NCBI GenBank assembly: GCA_964409875.1 | Contig: CAYPEN010000002.1 | Span: 338,630-402,629 of the forward strand | From: an uncultured Gammaproteobacteria bacterium | Lineage (GTDB): Bacteria > Patescibacteriota > Microgenomatia > Levybacterales > GWA1-39-11 | Direction of reading: 5' to 3' | Length of the DNA: 64,000 nucleotides | In this document: positions 46,380 to 54,182 of the stretch, one piece after another | Position numbering within the stretch: the first letter of the stretch is position 1 | Layout of the letters: each line of letters starts with the position of its first letter | The notes under the pieces: model-generated | Seen by the model: the letters and a program-made list of their open reading frames with translations, nothing else | Databases searched by the model: none | Told to the model about the DNA's origin: nothing | Made by a program: the position numbers and the translations under genes

Positions 46380-47915
46380 TTACTCGATGCTTTGCACTTT
46401 GTCTCCTTCGATGACAGTCCTTGAAACAATAATTCTGTCTCCTCTCTGAAGTCCACTGGTCACTTCAGCATATTGACCAAGAATATCCCCAAGAAGTATT
46501 TTTTTGGATACTGCTTTGCCATCCTTTATAACGAAAATATATGCTCCGGTAGTCCCCTGATAAATAGCATCGAGTGGAACAAAAGGGACTGCAGAGGATG
46601 TGGATGCAAAACCGACCGGGAGTTCAACCGTTACAAATTCTTTATTTGAAAGTTGATTTTGGAATTCTCCTCCAAGCTCGAAAATGACCGCATAGAGCGC
46701 TCCGTCGGTTGCCTCTGTTGAGATGTAGGAAGGAGCAGCCTGAATACTTTTTCCATCAATTGTAAGTGTAGCGGTGTCAACAAGGGATAATTTTTGTGCG
46801 ACTTCCCGTGTCACCTTGGCGACTATTTTAAGAGTTTGTTCACCGTGAACAAGAGCAATGGGCGTGCCCGGAGTGACCGAATCGCCTATATTTACATAAA
46901 TCCTCTCGACAACTCCTGCAAAAGGAGCGGCAGGGAACATAGTCGCTTCCTGAATTTGTGCTAAGCGTAACTGCATTGAGCTTACTTCAAGCGAAAGCGT
47001 CAATGCTTTTTCCTGGATATCAAGTTGTTTTTTTGCAATTTCACGTCCTAAATCTGAGAGTTGAGCAGGGGGATTATCTGACGATGCTTGATATTCTGAT
47101 GAGCGGAGTGACGTCTGGAGTTGGTTTACGGCCGATTTGTATTGCGAGAGTATCTGCTTGGTTTGCAGAATTTGAGCGTCATTAGCGCCATTTTGGTTGG
47201 TCGTGGTCAATGTATCAAGGTTGCTCTGAAGACTTGAAACGATTTCCTGATTTAAGTTAAGAAGGGATTTTGTATCATCTATTGATTTTGAGGTGATGTC
47301 TCTCAATTGGTCGGCATTGGCATCTGTTTTGTCAGCCAAATCTCTTTGTTTTGCAATTAAATCTTTCTGTGCATCATAATTGTCTTTGGTATTTTGATAC
47401 GTTGCAGCTGCTATTTGGCGCTGAACGCTTGCTGCATTCCCTCCCTGATAATTGGTTGAAAGAGAAGCAATTGTTGTTCCTTTTCCTACCTCTTGTCCTT
47501 CGGTTACGTTGATTGTTGAAATAATGCCTGGAGTCTGGGCTACAATTTTTACGATGCCGCTCTTCTCAACTTGGGCTTGCACTTTAATCGTCGGTGCCAT
47601 ACCTATCGAGTAAGTAGCAACGTCTTTAGTTATTACTTTGGGTTTTTCCTGAGGTTTTGGTTTTCTTATAATGCTTCCCACCAGAATGAGCACAAAAATA
47701 ATGCCCAATACTGCAAAAAAAGCTGTCATTGGTTTTTTATCCACAAAAAATAACCCACGCCGTATGGGACTTTTAATTTTTCCTTTTAGGGATGTAAAAT
47801 GACCAAACTTAAAAAAACGGAAGACCGGGGCAGATCTTTTTGAGTTTGGCAACCTTTTTCTTCTTGTTGCCATGGAGCTACGGATTGTACCATTTTTGAG
47901 CTCCAATAGCAACAA
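46380..47915 (-). CDS. Efflux periplasmic-adaptor (membrane-fusion, HlyD-family) protein with long coiled-coil hairpin
   Basis: N-terminal TM anchor, biotinyl/lipoyl-like half-motifs, a ~150-aa coiled-coil and a beta-barrel. 511 aa; the start may be the internal Met at 47729. Confidence 0.65.
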   Translation of the reverse strand: MLLLELKNGTIRSSMATRRKRLPNSKRSAPVFRFFKFGHFTSLKGKIKSPIRRGLFFVDKKPMTAFFAVLGIIFVLILVGSIIRKPKPQEKPKVITKDVATYSIGMAPTIKVQAQVEKSGIVKIVAQTPGIISTINVTEGQEVGKGTTIASLSTNYQGGNAASVQRQIAAATYQNTKDNYDAQKDLIAKQRDLADKTDANADQLRDITSKSIDDTKSLLNLNQEIVSSLQSNLDTLTTTNQNGANDAQILQTKQILSQYKSAVNQLQTSLRSSEYQASSDNPPAQLSDLGREIAKKQLDIQEKALTLSLEVSSMQLRLAQIQEATMFPAAPFAGVVERIYVNIGDSVTPGTPIALVHGEQTLKIVAKVTREVAQKLSLVDTATLTIDGKSIQAAPSYISTEATDGALYAVIFELGGEFQNQLSNKEFVTVELPVGFASTSSAVPFVPLDAIYQGTTGAYIFVIKDGKAVSKKILLGDILGQYAEVTSGLQRGDRIIVSRTVIEGDKVQSIE

Positions 47916-47942
47916 ATGCTATCCGTTAACAGGAAAGATGTA

Positions 47943-49154
47943 CTACTCATACCGGAGCGCATCGATAGGAGATAATTTTGCTGCGCGTCTTGCAGGATAA
48001 AGACCGAAGGCTAGTCCCACGACGGTAGACACTCCTACGGCTATTAACACTGCGGGGATACTTATAACAAATGGAATGTGGGCCACTAAAGATGCAACAA
48101 ATGCACCTCCGATACCAAGCAATATTCCTACGATACCACCGATAAGAGTCATAACAACAGATTCCATGAGAAATTGTGTCATTATATCTTTCTGTTTTGC
48201 ACCGATTGCTTTCAAGAGTCCGATTTCTTTTGTTCGTTCCGTGACGGATACAAGCATTATATTCATGACTCCGACACCTCCGACGATAAGTGAAATTCCC
48301 GATATAGCAGCAATCATGGTGGTAAGAAGACTGGTAATTGTGTTTACGGTTGATAATATATCTTGAGCGCTGGATATCCTGAAATCATTTTCATCCCCTT
48401 CTTTTAGATTATGCTTATCTCTCAAAAGGTTTTCGATATCGTCGATAGTTTGGTTTATTGAATTTTGGTCGTGAACACTTACGTCAATTTCCTGCAATTT
48501 TTCCTCTCCAACAATATCATTTGCGACAACATTGATGGGGATAAAAAGTGTGTTATTGATAAACCCTCCGGCTAATGCACTCGAAGACGATAGAATTCCT
48601 GTAACCCGGAACGTTTTGTTATTTATTTTGATTGTTTCACCGACCGCGCTTGAGTCTTTACCGAAAAATGTCTCTGCTGCGTCTTTCCCGAGGACTGCTA
48701 CTTTTTCAGAAGTTTGTTCCTGTTCTTCAGTCAGGAATTCGCCATCGGTAATATTAGGTCTTAAGATATCCAGTGTTTCATGAGTTGTTCCATAAATCAG
48801 AAGATCTTTTTCGACTCCATTTGCAGAAACTTTCACTGAGGTCATTTCAAATGGTGCAACACTCTTAACATTGGTTAATGATGCGTCATTTCTGATTGCT
48901 TCAAGATCATCAAATGTAAGGGCTTTCGAGCCTGCAAATGTACTGATTTGGCTCGTCCCCGGATTTATTTGAAAATAATCTGTACCAAATGATGCCAATT
49001 CATTCGTAACAAATGCGACAGCACCTTGGCCGATAGAGTAGATAAGGATAACAGCCGTTATCCCGATGATTATTCCAAGCATCGTTAAGGATGTTCTTAA
49101 TTTATTATTGCGCAGAGCCTGGATTGCATTTTTTGCTATTTCTTTGTATTCCAT
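47943..49154 (-). CDS. ABC transporter permease, MacB/FtsX family
   Basis: N-terminal TM, a large extracytoplasmic MacB-like domain, and C-terminal FtsX 3-TM domain. Confidence 0.8.
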   Translation of the reverse strand: MEYKEIAKNAIQALRNNKLRTSLTMLGIIIGITAVILIYSIGQGAVAFVTNELASFGTDYFQINPGTSQISTFAGSKALTFDDLEAIRNDASLTNVKSVAPFEMTSVKVSANGVEKDLLIYGTTHETLDILRPNITDGEFLTEEQEQTSEKVAVLGKDAAETFFGKDSSAVGETIKINNKTFRVTGILSSSSALAGGFINNTLFIPINVVANDIVGEEKLQEIDVSVHDQNSINQTIDDIENLLRDKHNLKEGDENDFRISSAQDILSTVNTITSLLTTMIAAISGISLIVGGVGVMNIMLVSVTERTKEIGLLKAIGAKQKDIMTQFLMESVVMTLIGGIVGILLGIGGAFVASLVAHIPFVISIPAVLIAVGVSTVVGLAFGLYPARRAAKLSPIDALRYE

Positions 49155-49155
49155 A

Positions 49156-49851
49156 CTATGTTTTTGTGTCAGAAAGAATCATACCGTCTTTAATTCTTAC
49201 TATCCTTTTTGCATGGTCAGCGATATCCTGGTCGTGGGTAATCATAACAATTGTCCTTCCGCTTTCATTTAGCTGCTGTATAAAATTTATTATTTCATGG
49301 GAAGTTTTACTATCCAAATTTCCGGTGGGTTCGTCAGCAAGAATGATGGCTGGGTTCATAACGAGAGCTCTTGCAATTGCAACGCGCTGTATTTGTCCTC
49401 CCGAAATTTGGTTTGAGAGATTGTTGGCTTTTTCAGAAATTCCTACAAGTTGAAGAGATTCCATTGCCCTTTTTTCACGTTCCTTCTGGGGTACACCTCC
49501 ATACATCATTGGCCTTTCGACATTATTAAGAACACTGGTTCTTGGAAGAAGGTTAAAACTTTGGAAAACAAACCCAATTTGCTTATTGCGGATTTCTGCG
49601 AGTTGGTCTTCCGTATAACTTGAAATATCTTTTCCCTGAAATAAATATTTTCCGGATGTAGGGTTATCAAGGGCTCCCATTATATGCATCAGCGTAGATT
49701 TCCCACTTCCGGATGGTCCCATTATCGCCACAAATTCTCCTTTAACAACCGTAAGTGTTATCCCTCTAAGGGCATGGTATTCTTCTCCTGATCCGAGCGG
49801 GTAATTTTTTGTGACGTTTCTAAATTCAATAATTGGTACATGTGCTGACAT
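49156..49851 (-). CDS. ABC transporter ATP-binding protein (MacB/LolD-type)
   Basis: Walker A GPSGSGKST, signature ISGGQIQRVAIARAL, Walker B ILADEPTGNLD, H-loop. Confidence 0.9.
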   Translation of the reverse strand: MSAHVPIIEFRNVTKNYPLGSGEEYHALRGITLTVVKGEFVAIMGPSGSGKSTLMHIMGALDNPTSGKYLFQGKDISSYTEDQLAEIRNKQIGFVFQSFNLLPRTSVLNNVERPMMYGGVPQKEREKRAMESLQLVGISEKANNLSNQISGGQIQRVAIARALVMNPAIILADEPTGNLDSKTSHEIINFIQQLNESGRTIVMITHDQDIADHAKRIVRIKDGMILSDTKT

Positions 49852-49853
49852 TA

Positions 49854-51113
49854 TTAGTTTCCAAACAGGCCGGGCCTTTTTATTTGCTCATTAGAGAGAG
49901 TAGTTATTACAACTTGGCCTTCGGATAAGCCATTGAGAATTTGTGTGCGATTTTTGCTTCGTACACCGACTTCTACCGGTACATAGATAACCTCACCTTT
50001 TTTCTTCCCCGGAACCCTAACCGCTCTACCTCCTTGATAGGGTTTGACTGAGGAATTAGGAACACTGAGCGCATTTTTCAATTCTTTGGTAGTAATCTCT
50101 GCATCCATGCTCATCCCCTGACGGATATTTTCATCTGCATCAAGCAGTTTTAAGTATACGTTGTAAGTGACTATTCCCTGACTCCTAGTTCCGATAGCAT
50201 CTGTCCTTTCAACTACACCTTTGTACGACTTGTTATTCACCGCATCAATATTAATTTTGGCTTTTTGTCCAGGACGAACTTTTGCGATATCCGTTTCGCT
50301 CAGTGGAATTACCGCCTCATACGTTAGCTCTTTTGTAATGGCAAGAACCGGGGTTTGTGGCGTAATAGCAGTATTAATAGACACCGGACTGCCTTCTGTT
50401 ACTGATAAATTTGATACTGTTCCTGGGATAGGCGCTTTTACCGTTGAGTTTTGGGTTGCTTGATAGAGAAGCCATGTAGAGTTCGCTGCAGCTTGTGCCT
50501 GGGCAATAGCGGTATCTTGGTCTTTATATTTTTTCTCAGCTGCATGCCAAGTGTCTTCGGCGACATGAAATTCAGCGGATGTTCTATTGGCTGTGTTAGG
50601 TGTATCATCACCGTTTTCATAAGTTGAATTGGTAGCTAAGTCTAGGTAGCTCTTCCATTTTGCAAACATATCCGCTCGAAGTGAATCTTGCATCGAAAGG
50701 GCTACATCAAGCGATGACTTGGCTGCAAGGTAATTTGCATAAGCACTTTGCGCCTCTTGTTGAGTAGCGCTACTTTCGACCGAAAAGAGTTCTTGGCCTT
50801 TGTTAACAGTAGTCCCATTCGAAACAAATACTTCTGTTATTACTCCATTTGTTGGTGAATACACATTAGCATTTCCTCCAGAGATAATGTTTCCTGTTTC
50901 ACTTACCGTTTCTACGATGTCTGCCTTCTGTACTTTCTGGGTCGTATAAGGAGGAGGTTGATTGAGTTGACTGATTTTTGTAAGCGCAATTATAAGGATA
51001 ACTGCTGCAATGCCTACAAAAAATATTTTTTTCTTAAGTGACAAATTTTTGAACCACGAAATAAAATTGGTAAACGTATGAGATATTCCTTTTATCGATA
51101 GTGTCATAGTCAT
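49854..51113 (-). CDS. Periplasmic-adaptor (membrane-fusion, MacA/YknX-like) protein
   Basis: N-terminal TM, lipoyl-like beta domain, coiled-coil and C-terminal beta-barrel. First gene of the efflux operon. Confidence 0.7.
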   Translation of the reverse strand: MTMTLSIKGISHTFTNFISWFKNLSLKKKIFFVGIAAVILIIALTKISQLNQPPPYTTQKVQKADIVETVSETGNIISGGNANVYSPTNGVITEVFVSNGTTVNKGQELFSVESSATQQEAQSAYANYLAAKSSLDVALSMQDSLRADMFAKWKSYLDLATNSTYENGDDTPNTANRTSAEFHVAEDTWHAAEKKYKDQDTAIAQAQAAANSTWLLYQATQNSTVKAPIPGTVSNLSVTEGSPVSINTAITPQTPVLAITKELTYEAVIPLSETDIAKVRPGQKAKINIDAVNNKSYKGVVERTDAIGTRSQGIVTYNVYLKLLDADENIRQGMSMDAEITTKELKNALSVPNSSVKPYQGGRAVRVPGKKKGEVIYVPVEVGVRSKNRTQILNGLSEGQVVITTLSNEQIKRPGLFGN

Positions 51114-51295
51114 ATTATCCGTCTTTTCTTATCAAAAAGTAATTGATATGAAGCACATTTATATCTTTTGTTCATTATAGCGTGATATTCTTTGAAATTG
51201 GAACTGTCGCTTTTACACAATTATTACAATAGATTCAGAAGAGCCTTGCAAATTATCCGTAAACTGTTTTTATGCAATTATTATCAAAAAGCCAC

Positions 51296-51324
51296 TTGAC
51301 ACAGTTTGTACCATTTGCTAATAT
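51296..51324 (+). promoter_or_regulatory. Sigma70-like promoter TTGACA-17-TAATAT
   Basis: TTGACA at 51296-51301, a 17-nt spacer, TAATAT at 51319-51324. Followed immediately by a GC hairpin plus U-run at 51340-51364. Confidence 0.5.
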
Positions 51325-51563
51325 CCCTGAATATAACTGCCCCGTACATCGGGGTATTTTTTTTACAAAAAATGGCAGTACATTCATCATCTATTGCAAA
51401 TTCAAAAAAATTAGAGCTTACCATAACTCTTCCGAGCTTTAATCTTTCTGAAGCAATTAAAAGATTAAAATCTTCGGCAACGGTTTTATTTTCAAACATA
51501 TACAATCCTATAAATAAAGGGGTAGCAAATGCTAGTGAACTTGCCTCCTCAAGGGCCGAAAGA

Positions 51564-52166
51564 ATGAATTTCAAAAAAATGAGAAACGTTAAATTTGATA
51601 AAAAATATCTAAAAATTATCGTACCGGTAATAGTTGGAGTAGTTGTTTTAGGAATATTAGTAAGTCTTATCCGTTCCCTTCCTGATGCAAAGAGTCAGCC
51701 CGCAACTGCTACCAATAATGTTGCCGCTCCTGACGCACTTGCAACTATCAATTTGGATAAGAAATTCTCTTTTCCATTAAAAGACGATAAAGGAACTGTA
51801 GTTGGTAACTTTGATTACGTTATCCAATCAGCAGCGCTTCAGAAGCAAATAATTGTCCAGGGACAAAGGGCAACGGCTGTTAACGGGAGGGTGTTTCTTA
51901 TCCTTAACCTTAAAATTACTAACAATTTGAAGAAGACCATTCAATTGAATACACGTGACTACATAAGACTTATTACAGCAAGCGATGCGAATGAACAATT
52001 GGCACCTGACATCCACAACGATCCAGTTGAAGTTCAGGCAATATCAACAAAATTCACCAGAGTTGGAGTGGCAATTGATGAGAAGGACGCAAGAAAGACG
52101 GTGAAACTTAAGGTTGGAGAAATTGACGGGACAAAGCAAAACATTGACCTTAACTTTAAGTACTAA
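51564..52166 (+). CDS. Membrane-anchored hypothetical protein with a DUF4352-like beta domain
   Basis: Start chosen at the MNFKKM ATG, downstream of the promoter at 51296; the ORF-track start 51306 lies inside the promoter. TM helix IIVPVIVGVVVLGILVSLI, then a beta-rich domain. Confidence 0.4.
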   Translation: MNFKKMRNVKFDKKYLKIIVPVIVGVVVLGILVSLIRSLPDAKSQPATATNNVAAPDALATINLDKKFSFPLKDDKGTVVGNFDYVIQSAALQKQIIVQGQRATAVNGRVFLILNLKITNNLKKTIQLNTRDYIRLITASDANEQLAPDIHNDPVEVQAISTKFTRVGVAIDEKDARKTVKLKVGEIDGTKQNIDLNFKY

Positions 52167-52221
52167 TTTAAGAAAATCTCAACCTATTATTTATATAGGT
52201 ATATAGGAAGCCCTACGGATT

Positions 52222-52479
52222 ATGGCAAAGACGAATCAAATTCCGAATCATCTACTTTCAGAAATTACAGCAGCCTTGGAGAGCGTCAAATACGGAAGCA
52301 TAGAAATATTTATCCAGAACAAAGTCATCACCCAAATAACCGTTAGAAATATCCACAAAACGAGTGTTGAGATAGAAAAGGAAGAGGGAAGTGTGTCAAC
52401 GCACGTGCAAAGCATAAGTCACTCTCATAGTTCGCAAACACAAACAACGATACAGAGAAATTCTGTTAAGATCCGGTAA
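52222..52479 (+). CDS. YezD-like small protein (DUF2292)
   Basis: SVKYGSIEIFIQNKVITQITVRNIHKTSVE matches the remembered DUF2292 core (...YGSV.I.IQDGKVVQIE..EKIR). Confidence 0.45.
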   Translation: MAKTNQIPNHLLSEITAALESVKYGSIEIFIQNKVITQITVRNIHKTSVEIEKEEGSVSTHVQSISHSHSSQTQTTIQRNSVKIR

Positions 52480-52534
52480 TTTTAGAGTTTGGTAGGAGTT
52501 GTGAAATAAACGGCTATATCAAGCAATTTAGGTC

Positions 52535-52563
52535 TTGACAGCAATATTTCTTTAGTATATAAG
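52535..52563 (+). promoter_or_regulatory. Sigma70-like promoter for the first repetitive surface-protein gene
   Basis: TTGACA at 52535-52540. TATATA at 52556-52561 (15-nt spacer), or TATAAG at 52558-52563 (17-nt spacer). Confidence 0.45.
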
Positions 52564-52618
52564 TTAGTTACTTTGTAAGAGTCCGTTTCATAGAAGACGG
52601 ACAAAGCTGACCGCAAAC

Positions 52619-52670
52619 GGAGGCTTCTTCACACAAGACATAATTGTGTGCGGAAGTCTCCGTTTTTTTT
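52619..52670 (+). terminator. Strong intrinsic-terminator-like hairpin inside the 5' leader of the 52791 gene
   Basis: GGAGGCUUC (52619-52627) pairs GAAGUCUCC (52653-52661), with an inner CACACA/UGUGUG stem, followed by an 8-U run (52663-52670). Confidence 0.55.
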
Positions 52671-52790
52671 GTTTCTTGGGGCTACCGGAAATAAAACTAG
52701 GCGGGACCAGCCTCGACTTTCGAGTCTAGGCGGGGAAACGAAGTGTTCTCTTAATAGAGAAATCTTTCTAACGAAGGAGGTGAAATAAAT

Positions 52791-54074
52791 ATGACAAATT
52801 TCAAAAAGCAAATTTTCTCAGTTCTCGCAGCAGGAAGTCTACTCGTAAGCGTAGCAACTCCAGCACTCGCGGAAACTACAATCACAATCTCTGGAAACGG
52901 CGCTGGATCTAATAATGCAGCTACTGTTACTCAAACTAACACAACAACCGTTTCTCAGAACAATACAGCAAACGTCACTAACAACGTTACCTCAAACGCA
53001 AGCACAGGTGGTAATGATGCTAACTTCAACACTGGAGGGAATGTAACAGTTCAAACCGGTGCTGCTACATCAAATACAACTGTAGCCAACAACCTTAACA
53101 GCAATGCTGCACAGGTTAGCGGATGCAATTGTGGTTCTGACACAAACGTTAAAATCGATGGAAACGGAGCTTTGAGCCTCAATCAAGTTAAATTAACTGA
53201 TGTTAATGCAACGACTTTGGGACAAAACAACGTTGCCAACGTTACAAATAACGTTACTTCAGATGCTAAAACCGGCGGAAATGATGCTAACCTCAACACC
53301 GGAGGGACAACAACTGTTGTTACCGGAGCGGCTAGCTCAACCTCAAATGTTAAGACTACAGCAAATGCAAATGTTGCAAATGTTGGAGGATCAGCACTTG
53401 CAGGAGCAACCGGACATTCTGCATCTTTCGTAATTGAAGGAAATGGCGCAGGCAGCAATAATTGGATTACTGCAGGCCTCACCAATTCTAACTACGTCTC
53501 TCAAGGCAACACAGCTAACATTACAAATAATGTTGACTCCGATGCTAAGACCGGCGGAAACGATGCAAAATTCAATACCGGAGGCGATGTTGTAATCGCA
53601 ACCGGAATGGCTACGGCTAAAGCAATGGTAGATAACATGGTTAACTTTAATTCAGCTAACCTCGACTGCGGTTGCGTTACCGATGTCACCGCAAAGATCG
53701 TTGGAAACGGTGCAAATCCTCTCCTCGGTGGAGAGCATGTGTATCCAGGGTTCATCGATCCTAACGGAATCGTTTTGACACTTGCTAATGCTAACACTTT
53801 GGGTCAGGGTAACGTTTCCAATCTTGGAAACAATGTTGATGCTGACGCATTTACCGGATGGAACGATGCAAATCTTAACACCGGATCTGTAACTATGGCG
53901 AATGATCCAGCTATTGTAACTGGACCTGCAACCAACGTTACTGGTGTAAGCAATTCTGGCAACGTCAACGTTGCTGGAAGCACTCCAGTTGTACTTCCCC
54001 TTCCAGGTGGAAATACACTCGGATTCTCTTTCAGCATTCAAGCTTTGATGGCATACTTCGGTTTGTCAATGTAA
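52791..54074 (+). CDS. Secreted repetitive Asn/Thr/Gly-rich surface protein, 4 x ~90-aa modules (paralogue family member 1)
   Basis: Strong SD AAGGAGGTG 7 nt upstream. Signal peptide MTNFKKQIFSVLAAGSLLVSVATPALA. Four repeats of the pattern I-x-GNGA-x-S...SQNNTANVTNNVTS-x-A-x-TGGNDA-x-NTGG...TG, with paired Cys (CNCG / CGCV) between modules. Confidence 0.7.
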   Translation: MTNFKKQIFSVLAAGSLLVSVATPALAETTITISGNGAGSNNAATVTQTNTTTVSQNNTANVTNNVTSNASTGGNDANFNTGGNVTVQTGAATSNTTVANNLNSNAAQVSGCNCGSDTNVKIDGNGALSLNQVKLTDVNATTLGQNNVANVTNNVTSDAKTGGNDANLNTGGTTTVVTGAASSTSNVKTTANANVANVGGSALAGATGHSASFVIEGNGAGSNNWITAGLTNSNYVSQGNTANITNNVDSDAKTGGNDAKFNTGGDVVIATGMATAKAMVDNMVNFNSANLDCGCVTDVTAKIVGNGANPLLGGEHVYPGFIDPNGIVLTLANANTLGQGNVSNLGNNVDADAFTGWNDANLNTGSVTMANDPAIVTGPATNVTGVSNSGNVNVAGSTPVVLPLPGGNTLGFSFSIQALMAYFGLSM

Positions 54075-54182
54075 GTTTGATATAGGAACGCGTAGGGTGC
54101 TTTTGTTAGCACTTCGACAGAAACACCCTACAAGTTCCAACAAAAATTAACAAATAGATTTAAGAGGTAAGAATTAAGATTT

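Noticed and set aside
51284-51574. 96-aa minus-strand ORF in the 51.1-51.6 kb intergenic region and the ORF-track start at 51306 for the downstream gene
   Set aside because: The region contains a near-consensus plus-strand promoter and hairpin. The 51306 ATG lies inside the -35/-10 spacer, so the downstream gene more plausibly starts at 51564.
52690-52760. Possible tRNA or small structured RNA (GGGGCTACCGG...CTAGGCGGG...TTCGAG...CTAGGCGGGG)
   Set aside because: No cloverleaf can be drawn: there is no T-loop GTTCRANYC with a 5-bp stem, and the acceptor ends do not pair. It is kept only as part of the leader finding.
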